Of a DNA stretch of 64,000 nucleotides, positions 20,118 to 28,612 are shown piece after piece. The notes below the pieces were generated by a model. The model did not search any database, was not told where the DNA came from, and was given only the letters and a program-made list of their open reading frames with translations. Positions within the stretch are counted from its first letter, which is position 1; every line of letters starts with the position of its first letter. Source of the DNA: an uncultured Bacteroidales bacterium. Lineage in GTDB: Bacteria; Bacteroidota; Bacteroidia; Bacteroidales; Bacteroidaceae. Made by a program: the position numbers and the translations under genes. The DNA lies in the NCBI GenBank assembly GCA_902785075.1, contig CACZXN010000002.1, forward strand, positions 22,991 through 86,990, written 5' to 3'.

Positions 20118-22326
20118 CTGTTTATCCCTCCTCCTTTTTACTCTCTCATTCTGTTGTTTTCGGCTTCATGCTCAAGAACCGATGGAATGGGATGATTTTA
20201 TGCGTGACATCTATGAGGAATATATAGAAAGTGACGATGAATTGGGGGAAAATTCTTATGCTACCACACAAGAGGAAGATAATGCAACTGACGCTCTACT
20301 TGAGGAATTATATACACTTCACCTATCACCTATCAATTTAAATGATCTAAGAATTGTAAAGGATGCAGAGGAACAAATGATAAACACAAAAGCACGTCTT
20401 CGACAATTACCTTTTCTTAGCGACCAACAAATCGAGGCAATTGTTTATTACGTCAATAATAACTATCCTATGCAATCATTGGGCGAATTGATGCTTATAC
20501 GAGAACTCGATTACCAGACACGCTCCCGATTGCCTTTGTTCTGTTATGTTGGCGAACCTACCGTTCAAAATAAAGATAATATTCTGAAATTACTACGCTA
20601 TGCAAATCATGAAGTTATCGCTCGTACAACTATTCCTTTTTACACCAAAGATGGTTTCTTGGACAAACCCCAAAACATAATTGACGCTTCTCCAAATAAG
20701 ATTTATCGAGGTAATAACAATTATCATTCGCTTCGTTACCAACTTCGTTCCAGACAGCAAAAGCGGTCAAACGGTATTTCACAACAATTAATCGCAGGTT
20801 TTTCTATAGAAAAAGATGCTGGAGAAGATTATTTCGACTACTTGTCTGGCTATGTAATGATGAATGGTTTAGGGAAAATTCGTACATTAATTATAGGAGA
20901 TTACAAACTAAACTATGGATTAGGTCTGATTGTAAATAACAGTTTTAATCTTGGAAAAAATACCATGGGAGTATTATCGAATGCTCCGATATCTAGACAT
21001 GGTATACGTCCACATGCATCTACAGCAGAATCCAATTACTTTCGAGGCATCGCTATCGATTATTCTCTTTGCAGATCTGCTCATCTTTCAGCATTTGTAT
21101 CATATCACGATATTGATGCCACCAAAGATCAAAATTCTGCTATTCCATCTATCACCTCTCTGAAGACTGATGGTTTACATCGGACTTTGCTTGAAAAAAG
21201 CAAGAAAGGTATTGTTCAAGAGTTATCTGGGGGATGTAATCTTAGTTTTTTCCATCGTGGACTTCAGGTTGAATTGACAGGAATAGCCTCGCACTTCTCT
21301 ATACCGCTTAAACCTAAGTACAATACGCCCGCTACAGAATACCGCAAATATAACTTACAAGGCGATAATTTTGGTTCAATCGGATTATTCTATCGATACA
21401 TGACTAATCGATGGAATCTACAAGGAGAATATGCTGTAAGTTTTTCAAATGCGGAAGACAAAGCAATGAATATAGACCATCCCAATAATGGTTTTGCGTT
21501 TGTCAATAACCTACGTTTCCTTGTAGATAACCAGACATCTTTATCTGCTATCGTCAGGTATTATAATCCCAAATATGCTACTCTATATGGCAAATCCTTC
21601 GGAGAGAATTCTCGTCCGCAGAATGAGTTGGGTCTTTTAGTTGGGATTGCAACAGAACCTTGGACACATTTTCATCTTGAGGCTTATGTTGACGGTTTCA
21701 TATTCCCCAAAAAACGCTATCATGCTGCAGCAGGCTCAAAGGGGATAGATGGGCTATTAAAAATGACTTATTCTCCTAACCAAAAATCTTCATGGCAATT
21801 ACGTTATCGAGTGAAATCCAAGGAACAAGACTGTAAAATTGAGCAAGACAAGACAGAACTGTTTTTTAATACCCGTCAAGACTTGCGGCTTCAATGGAAT
21901 TATAAGCTCAACAACTATCTAACTATTCGCACTACAGGCGGATTTGTATATCGTTGGAATGCAGATAGCAACGATGAAATGGGCTATTTATTCAGTCAAC
22001 ATATACGACACGAACGAACATTGGCTCGCCAAAAAGGAAGACAGCGAATAGACGTGATGCTAGCCTATTTCCATACAGATTCATATGCTGCAAAGGTCTA
22101 CACAACATCTCCTTCACTTCTTTACACATTCGGAATGAACTCCTTATATGGCCAAGGAATCAATGCTGTTGCCATGTTTTCGAGAAGTCTTTCGCGAAAT
22201 CTCTTTGCTATTTGCAAGCTATCAGTTACAAAATACTTCGACCGAAACACAATTGGTACAGGATTGGACATGATAAACGCATCTCATAAAGAAGATATAC
22301 AACTACAATTAAGATGGAAAATATAA
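20095..22326 (+). CDS. helix-hairpin-helix domain / predicted beta-barrel protein, unknown function
   Basis: Signal-like MSLNGRNSCLSLLLFTLSFCCFRLHAQ. ComEA-like HhH segment LRQLPFLSDQQIEAIVYY...LGELMLIRELD. The remaining roughly 550 aa has an alternating beta-strand pattern rich in Y/G/N. The start was chosen downstream of the ORF-track TTG at 20071. Confidence 0.55.
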   Translation: MSLNGRNSCLSLLLFTLSFCCFRLHAQEPMEWDDFMRDIYEEYIESDDELGENSYATTQEEDNATDALLEELYTLHLSPINLNDLRIVKDAEEQMINTKARLRQLPFLSDQQIEAIVYYVNNNYPMQSLGELMLIRELDYQTRSRLPLFCYVGEPTVQNKDNILKLLRYANHEVIARTTIPFYTKDGFLDKPQNIIDASPNKIYRGNNNYHSLRYQLRSRQQKRSNGISQQLIAGFSIEKDAGEDYFDYLSGYVMMNGLGKIRTLIIGDYKLNYGLGLIVNNSFNLGKNTMGVLSNAPISRHGIRPHASTAESNYFRGIAIDYSLCRSAHLSAFVSYHDIDATKDQNSAIPSITSLKTDGLHRTLLEKSKKGIVQELSGGCNLSFFHRGLQVELTGIASHFSIPLKPKYNTPATEYRKYNLQGDNFGSIGLFYRYMTNRWNLQGEYAVSFSNAEDKAMNIDHPNNGFAFVNNLRFLVDNQTSLSAIVRYYNPKYATLYGKSFGENSRPQNELGLLVGIATEPWTHFHLEAYVDGFIFPKKRYHAAAGSKGIDGLLKMTYSPNQKSSWQLRYRVKSKEQDCKIEQDKTELFFNTRQDLRLQWNYKLNNYLTIRTTGGFVYRWNADSNDEMGYLFSQHIRHERTLARQKGRQRIDVMLAYFHTDSYAAKVYTTSPSLLYTFGMNSLYGQGINAVAMFSRSLSRNLFAICKLSVTKYFDRNTIGTGLDMINASHKEDIQLQLRWKI

Positions 22327-22384
22327 GGCATCTAGACCTTGAACTTTGAGACCTTCCGAACAATCACTTTTGGATTCCCATTAA

Positions 22385-22530
22385 TGGAAATTTTTGCAGC
22401 CCCTAGGGGAAAAAGCTTTTTCCCTTAAGGGGAATTTCTGTTGCAGGTCGTGCAACGTACGTTGCAGGTCGTGCAACATAAGTTGCACGACCTGCAACAG
22501 AAAAAACCCCTAGAGGAAATAAAAAAACTT
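22385..22530. repeat. composite palindromic element between convergent genes (17-mer x3 plus chained palindromes)
   Basis: GTTGCAGGTCGTGCAAC at 22441-22457 and 22461-22477. Its reverse complement GTTGCACGACCTGCAAC at 22482-22498. All are separated by 4-bp spacers. Upstream lies CCCCTAGGGG / GGGAAAAAGCTTTTTCCC / CCCTTAAGGG. Confidence 0.85.
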
Positions 22531-22609
22531 CCTTAATAGCGGCAAAAAAAAGGCTAAGGATTAGCGGGAGAAATCATGTTTTAAAAGTCGGGATTTCAAG
22601 CGATAATTC

Positions 22610-23314
22610 TTATTTACCCCTGACTTTACACATGAAATAAGTGAAATATAAACGTGGGAGCAAACGCAACTGGTCGCCAACCTTATCAACCTCCCTAATA
22701 ACACGAATATTATCCATGAGACCCTTGGAGCGATGAACATTGGAGACTCCTTTTACATCATAATCAGTAATCGTAACAGGAATATGGCGGAACGTCTTCC
22801 CTGCTTGGAACAATTGCTTGGACTGCTTGAAATCTGCAGACATCGGATGATTCAGGTCAAATGGATATTCGCGAAGACATTGAGTACGGGTAAACACAGC
22901 TTGATGGCAATAATACATTTTATGGCTGTTGTGTGGCTCTTTCGCTACAATTAAGTTTCCCTTTTTAAGTATATCTCCATAAACGACATCAGCAGTTAAT
23001 CCCTGTGTAATCACATCAGCAAGCACATGAGGGTTAGCAAACGTATCTGCAGCATTGAGAAAGATGCAATAGTCTCCATGAACCATCTCTACCGCTTTAT
23101 TCATTGCATCATAGATGCCTCGATCGGGAGCAGAAGTATAAAATAAAGGAATTGATGGCTTTAGAGTTGCAAGATACTCAGGAGTTCCGTCAGTAGAAGC
23201 ACCATCCACCACAATACACTCCACATCTGGGTAAGTTTGTTCCCAGACACTCTGAAGCGTCCTCTTTAAAGAAGGTAACGCATTGTATGTGACCGTAATG
23301 ACAGAAATGAGCAT
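22610..23314 (-). CDS. glycosyltransferase family 2
   Basis: N-terminal ISVITVTYNALPSLKRTLQSV...VVDGASTDGT, typical of GT2 (GT-A). 234 aa. Confidence 0.8.
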   Translation of the reverse strand: MLISVITVTYNALPSLKRTLQSVWEQTYPDVECIVVDGASTDGTPEYLATLKPSIPLFYTSAPDRGIYDAMNKAVEMVHGDYCIFLNAADTFANPHVLADVITQGLTADVVYGDILKKGNLIVAKEPHNSHKMYYCHQAVFTRTQCLREYPFDLNHPMSADFKQSKQLFQAGKTFRHIPVTITDYDVKGVSNVHRSKGLMDNIRVIREVDKVGDQLRLLPRLYFTYFMCKVRGK

Positions 23315-23332
23315 GTAGTAAGAAGAAGTTGC

Positions 23333-24160
23333 CTATTTGAAAACTCTGGTATCCTGATAGTCATGATACGAATGGTCAAAATCGACATAATCAAACCCAT
23401 GAATACGACGATGGTTTTCAGGCGGTAGCTTCATATAATCGCCAAACAAACATTTCAAATATGTGTCAGGATGCTCCACACCCAACAATTCATGTCCCTC
23501 GAACATGATCGGGGTTGGTGTTCCCATTACCTCGCGTGGCATAGTGCTACGATCACCACTATCATAGTCAGCAATCAGTGGAGCCGTTTCGTAATCGTAG
23601 GCTGTCTGTATGCGTTTTTGTAAACGCTGTAAAGTGATATTTTTAACTGTAGCTTGTAGCAATCGAGGCAACCATGAAGTATAACCATGACCACGTTTAT
23701 ATGGATCTCTGTTACGCAAATACACCCATGTCTTTACCATATGAACCAACCCGATACGTAGCTTACGACGCCATCGCTGAGCAGGAATACCGTCGATAGG
23801 ACAAACATCAATATATACACCACCTATTTGATTGAGCGACCATCGCTCAATGAGTGTTGTACTACCATCAATCACCTTCAGCAGAGCACAACTGCTGTTT
23901 TCGTCTAATTCAAAAGTCTGTAGTTCGAATGGTTTAGGCAACCATTCAGAACCATGCTCAATAAATCGCTGAAAATCTGGGCGAGGCATTGCTATATCAG
24001 CATCATCATCCCAAGGAATAAAGCCTCCATGACGCACAGCTCCTAACATAGTACCATCTGAGAGCCAATAGCGTATGCCATGCTCACGACAAACCTTATC
24101 CACAACTACCAGAATGTTCAAAATACGCTGGTGGATATCTTCTATTTTGTAATTGGCCAT
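23333..24160 (-). CDS. licD: LicD-family phosphotransferase (phosphocholine/phosphonate transferase to glycan)
   Basis: DGTMLGAVRHGGFIPWDDDADIAM, the LicD nucleotidyltransferase-fold motif. 275 aa. Confidence 0.8.
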   Translation of the reverse strand: MANYKIEDIHQRILNILVVVDKVCREHGIRYWLSDGTMLGAVRHGGFIPWDDDADIAMPRPDFQRFIEHGSEWLPKPFELQTFELDENSSCALLKVIDGSTTLIERWSLNQIGGVYIDVCPIDGIPAQRWRRKLRIGLVHMVKTWVYLRNRDPYKRGHGYTSWLPRLLQATVKNITLQRLQKRIQTAYDYETAPLIADYDSGDRSTMPREVMGTPTPIMFEGHELLGVEHPDTYLKCLFGDYMKLPPENHRRIHGFDYVDFDHSYHDYQDTRVFK

Positions 24161-24181
24161 TGTTTTCTCTTATTTTTACTG

Positions 24182-24229
24182 CAAAGATACAACAAAATTT
24201 TGTTCTTTCAATTATTTTTTATAACTTTG
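24182..24229. promoter_or_regulatory. divergent promoter pair (CAAAGATA for licD strand; TAACTTTG for DegT strand)
   Basis: Reverse-complement TAnnTTTG box at 24182-24189, 22 nt upstream of the licD start. Forward TAACTTTG at 24222-24229, 21 nt upstream of the ATG at 24250. Confidence 0.5.
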
Positions 24230-24249
24230 TGGCATAAAAAGGTATTTAT

Positions 24250-25359
24250 ATGATTAGATTATCTAAATCTGTGGTTGGAAAGGCAGAATCAGATGCAGTC
24301 GCGCATGTGATTGAAGACATTGGCTACTTAGGAATGGGAGCCATTGTGGGTGAGTTTGAGCATCAGCTAGAGCAGTATATCGGTGGAAACCGTCGTGCCA
24401 TCTGTGTCAACAGCGGAACAGCAGCATTACATTTATCTATTCAAGCAGTAACCAAACCTGGTGATGAAGTACTGGTACCGTCGTTCACATTTGTGGCAAC
24501 CTATCAAGCCATCAGGGCTGCCGGATGTACACCTGTCAGTTGTGACATTCGCCCAGACACCTTGACGCTCGACCTTAAAGATGCAGAGCGCCGTATCACC
24601 CCTCGCACCACAGCCATGATGCCAGTATACTATGCCAGCAATTGCTGTATGGCCAAAGACTACCAAGCTTTTGCGAAAGAACATGGTTTACGATTAGTAG
24701 AAGATGCTGCCCATAGTTTTGGTTGTACTTGCCAAGGACAGAAAATCGGCTCCTTTGGAGATGTGGTCTGTTTCTCATTCGATGGAATTAAGAACATCAC
24801 AACAGGTGAAGGAGGAGCTATTTTCACAGCAGACGAAGATATCATCCAAAAAGTCAGTGATGCCCGCTTGCTTGGCGTTCAAAAAGACTCTGAGAAACGT
24901 TATGCAGGAAAGCGCAGTTGGAATTTTGATGTTGTGGATCAAGGCTACCGCTATCACATGAGTAACATTTTTGCAGCTATCGGCCAAGTTCAGCTCTCTA
25001 GATTTGAAAAGGAGTTTGCTCCACGCCGTCGTTATATTGCTCAACGCTATTGTGAGTTGCTCAAAGATACTCCTTATGTCAAATTGACACCTATGGATTA
25101 CGAGCACGAAATAGTGCCCCATATCTTTGCTTTGCAAATTCTGGAAGGAAAACGTCCACAATTAGAGCAGTTGTTGAAAGACAATGACATCCAATATGGC
25201 ATACAATATGCCCCAAATCATCATCTCACCCTCTTCCATGAGGATGTAGAACTGCCTGTTACCGATGAGGTTTACTCGCGCATCATTTCCATACCTATGC
25301 ATCCAGAATTAAGCGAGGATGACATTCAACTGATTTGTAAACTAATTAACAGCCTATGA
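24250..25359 (+). CDS. DegT/DnrJ/EryC1/StrS-family PLP-dependent sugar aminotransferase
   Basis: 369 aa. Family blocks GTAALHLS, VPSFTFVAT, FSFDGIKNITTGEGG (Lys in the DGIK context). ATGA overlap with the next gene. Confidence 0.8.
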   Translation: MIRLSKSVVGKAESDAVAHVIEDIGYLGMGAIVGEFEHQLEQYIGGNRRAICVNSGTAALHLSIQAVTKPGDEVLVPSFTFVATYQAIRAAGCTPVSCDIRPDTLTLDLKDAERRITPRTTAMMPVYYASNCCMAKDYQAFAKEHGLRLVEDAAHSFGCTCQGQKIGSFGDVVCFSFDGIKNITTGEGGAIFTADEDIIQKVSDARLLGVQKDSEKRYAGKRSWNFDVVDQGYRYHMSNIFAAIGQVQLSRFEKEFAPRRRYIAQRYCELLKDTPYVKLTPMDYEHEIVPHIFALQILEGKRPQLEQLLKDNDIQYGIQYAPNHHLTLFHEDVELPVTDEVYSRIISIPMHPELSEDDIQLICKLINSL

Positions 25360-26129
25360 AAACAATCATCTTAGCTGGAGGTTTCGGCACTCGCCTATCA
25401 GAATACACAAAACAGATTCCCAAGCCTATGGTAGAGATTGGCGGAAAGCCAATCCTATGGCACATTATGAACCACTACGCCCACTATGGTTACAAGGATT
25501 TTATTGTAGCTTTAGGCTATAAGGGAGAAGTTATCAAGGACTATTTCCTGCAGTATTATGCTCGGAATAATGATTTCACAATCGACTTAAGCAGCGGATC
25601 CATTCATTATATTAATGAACATGCTCGTGACTGGCGAGTGACACTTGTTGACACAGGCGCAGCCTCAATGACAGGTGGACGCGTACTCAGATTAAAAGAT
25701 TACATAGGTCAGGAAGACTTTATGTTGACTTACGGTGATGCAGTCAGTGATGTAAATATAAGTGAACTCGTAAATCGTTATCATCAATCAAATTGTCTGG
25801 CTATGGTGACTGCCGTACACCCAACAGCCCGTTTTGGTGAACTACAAATCGATTCAGAAGACTATGTTCGTTCCTTCAAAGAGAAACCCCAGGTCAATCA
25901 AGGATGGATTAACGGCGGTTTCTTCGTACTCAGTCCTAAAGTGTTTAACTATATTGAAAATGATCTAACCACATTCGAGGCAGAACCTTTGGAGCGCTTG
26001 GCAGTAGAAGGGCAGTTGGTAACATACCGTCATGAAGGTTTCTGGCAATGTATGGATACTGTCCGCGACCGCGATTTGCTGAACAAACTGTGGGACGAGA
26101 ATCGGGCACCTTGGAAACTTTCTGTCTAA
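25356..26129 (+). CDS. rfbF: glucose-1-phosphate cytidylyltransferase-like NTP transferase
   Basis: MKTIILAGGFGTRLSEYT..PKPMVEIGGKPILWHIM. 257 aa, typical RfbF length and N-terminus. Confidence 0.75.
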   Translation: MKTIILAGGFGTRLSEYTKQIPKPMVEIGGKPILWHIMNHYAHYGYKDFIVALGYKGEVIKDYFLQYYARNNDFTIDLSSGSIHYINEHARDWRVTLVDTGAASMTGGRVLRLKDYIGQEDFMLTYGDAVSDVNISELVNRYHQSNCLAMVTAVHPTARFGELQIDSEDYVRSFKEKPQVNQGWINGGFFVLSPKVFNYIENDLTTFEAEPLERLAVEGQLVTYRHEGFWQCMDTVRDRDLLNKLWDENRAPWKLSV

Positions 26130-26166
26130 CTAAGAACGAAATTGATTATTCAAATTAAAACAAAAA

Positions 26167-27255
26167 ATGAATATACTACAAAATGACATCAAACACACGC
26201 TCAATGGTCTCACGACTGCAGAACGTGCTAAATTCAACGGCTCTACTGTACTTATCACAGGTTGTGCTGGTTTTTTAGGTTATTATATGATGCAGTTCTT
26301 TGCTGCCGAATGCGAAGAGTTGGGCATCAAAAAGATTATTGGACTCGATAACTTCATGTTAGGCCAACCAGGATGGATTAAGGAATTGGAGAAGAATCCC
26401 AAAGTAGCCCTACGTAAGTTCGACATCATCAAGGACAACATTGCAGATATAGAAGGAGCATCAGAAGCAGACTTCATCATTCACATGGCTTCAATTGCTT
26501 CACCAATGTTCTACCGCAAATATCCTATTGAGACCTTAGACGCAAACATCTGGGGACTTCGTTCACTACTTGATTACTATTCCACACGTAACATCAAAGG
26601 ATTCTTGTTCTTCTCTTCAAGCGAGTTGTATGGCGACCCCGACCCTGCACATGTACCAACATCTGAGGACTATAATGGAAATGTTTGCGCTACAGGTCCA
26701 AGAGCTTGCTATGACGAGTCTAAACGTTTTGGAGAGACGATGTGCATGCTCTTTGCTCAAAAATACAATATGCCAATCGGCGTAGCACGTCCTTTCAACA
26801 ATTATGGTCCAGGTATGCGTATCGGAGACAAACGAGTCCCTGCAGATTTCGCTTTAGCCATTATGGAGAACAGAGATATCGAGATACTCAGCAATGGAAC
26901 TCCGACACGTACGTTCTGCTATATCGCAGATAGTGTATGCGGTTATTTCAAGATTCTGTTGCATGGGCAATATGACTTCTTCAACATCGGTATCGAAAAA
27001 CCAGAGATTACCATCGCGCAACTGGCAGAGATATATGTTGAGGCAGGACGGGAATTATTCGGATACAAAGGTGAGGTACGCTATGCTGTATCAGAAGACA
27101 AAGAGTATCTCACAAATAATCCTCAACGTAGATGCCCTTGCATCGACAAGGCTCGTAAGTTGTTGGGCTATAACCCCACCATCTTAGTTGATGAGGGTGT
27201 ATCACGTTTCTTGATGTACCTCAAGGAGAGTAACGAAGAAGAATACAAATGGTAG
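26167..27255 (+). CDS. NAD-dependent epimerase/dehydratase (extended SDR; UDP-glucuronate decarboxylase/ArnA-C-like)
   Basis: Rossmann motif ITGCAGFLGYY. Catalytic YDESKR (YxxxK). 362 aa. Confidence 0.7.
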   Translation: MNILQNDIKHTLNGLTTAERAKFNGSTVLITGCAGFLGYYMMQFFAAECEELGIKKIIGLDNFMLGQPGWIKELEKNPKVALRKFDIIKDNIADIEGASEADFIIHMASIASPMFYRKYPIETLDANIWGLRSLLDYYSTRNIKGFLFFSSSELYGDPDPAHVPTSEDYNGNVCATGPRACYDESKRFGETMCMLFAQKYNMPIGVARPFNNYGPGMRIGDKRVPADFALAIMENRDIEILSNGTPTRTFCYIADSVCGYFKILLHGQYDFFNIGIEKPEITIAQLAEIYVEAGRELFGYKGEVRYAVSEDKEYLTNNPQRRCPCIDKARKLLGYNPTILVDEGVSRFLMYLKESNEEEYKW

Positions 27256-27285
27256 AGAAATAGGAAGAAGCAAATCATCAGCAAT

Positions 27286-28545
27286 ATGACAATCACAGTA
27301 TTTGGATTGGGGTTTGTAGGTCTGACCACATCGTTGGGCTTCGCAGAGTATGGACATACAGTCTATGGTGTAGAAATAAATAGCGAGCGATTAGAAACCA
27401 TTAAAGGTGGACGATTGCCTTTTCTTGAACCAGGTCTTGACGAGGTCTTACTTCGTCATCTTGGTAATCGATTCCATCCAATTGGTATAAATGAACTGGA
27501 AAAGGCTGTCAGTCAGAGTGATTGCATCTATTATTGTGTTGGAACACCGTATGGAAAGGACGGACAAGCGGATCTCACCTATCTCTTCAGCGCCCTTGAT
27601 CAAACACTTAACGTGCGGCCCAATAATAAATATCAAGTTTTGGTTGTTAAGTCTACCATTCCCCCATCGACTACTTCACAAAAAATCATTCCATATTTAG
27701 AAGAAAAGGGCCTCAATGTAGGACAAGACTTAGGGGTGGCCAACAACCCAGAATTCTTGCGTGAGGGTCATTGCTGGGATGACTTCATTAAAGCAGACCG
27801 TATAGTCCTTGGTGTTAGTGACGAACGCTCTGCAGAAATGCTTCGTAAGGTATATGCCACCATCCAAGAACCTATACATTGTGTATCATTGAATACTGGT
27901 GAGTTTATCAAGTATTTGTCAAATACACTCCTTGCTACTCTAATCAGCTACAGCAATGAGATGAGCCTTGTAGCAGATACGATTGGTGGCATTGATGTTG
28001 CTGCGGCTTTCCGTATCCTTCATGAAGACAAGAGGTGGGGTGGTGCTACGATGGCAAGTTATGTTTATCCAGGCTGTGGATATGGAGGTTACTGCCTGCC
28101 CAAGGATACCAATGCTCTATATGCTGTAGCTAATACCGCAGGGTTTGACGCGCAAATACTCAAAAATGTCATAAGTATAAATAACCAAATGCCTGCTCAG
28201 ATTGCCCAAAAAGTAGCTAAAATTGTTGGAACAGACAAACAGCGTATCATTGGCATTCTAGGTTTGTCATTTAAACCAGGCAGCGATGACGTACGTGATA
28301 CTCCGTCAGCAAAAATCATTAAACAACTGCGACTATTAGGCTATACCAACATTATTGGATATGACCCCGTAGCCAATGCAGAGTTCGATCGCTATTATTC
28401 AGATTTAGCTATTAGCTATGAGCAGAGTTATGGCGAATTGATTCGAAAAGCAGAAGTATTGGTTATCACCACTGCTTGGCAAGAGTTTGCTAACATCAAA
28501 CAGCTTACTCAAAAGCCTGTTGTAGATTGTCGCTACATGTTATAG
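27286..28545 (+). CDS. nucleotide-sugar 6-dehydrogenase family (UDP-glucose/GDP-mannose dehydrogenase-like)
   Basis: N-terminal ITVFGLGFVGLTTS. Catalytic-Cys context GYGGYCLPKD. 419 aa. Confidence 0.8.
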   Translation: MTITVFGLGFVGLTTSLGFAEYGHTVYGVEINSERLETIKGGRLPFLEPGLDEVLLRHLGNRFHPIGINELEKAVSQSDCIYYCVGTPYGKDGQADLTYLFSALDQTLNVRPNNKYQVLVVKSTIPPSTTSQKIIPYLEEKGLNVGQDLGVANNPEFLREGHCWDDFIKADRIVLGVSDERSAEMLRKVYATIQEPIHCVSLNTGEFIKYLSNTLLATLISYSNEMSLVADTIGGIDVAAAFRILHEDKRWGGATMASYVYPGCGYGGYCLPKDTNALYAVANTAGFDAQILKNVISINNQMPAQIAQKVAKIVGTDKQRIIGILGLSFKPGSDDVRDTPSAKIIKQLRLLGYTNIIGYDPVANAEFDRYYSDLAISYEQSYGELIRKAEVLVITTAWQEFANIKQLTQKPVVDCRYML

Positions 28546-28612
28546 CCCCTATCCATAATTGTATATAGGGCAGAAACTATTCCCAAGTACTTAGGGATGT
28601 GCTGTTATTTCC

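Noticed and set aside
22439-22500. Possible CRISPR array, given three copies of a 17-mer
   Set aside because: The spacers are only 4 bp, one copy is inverted, there are no cas genes, and the total length is about 60 bp. It is a palindromic intergenic element, not a CRISPR.
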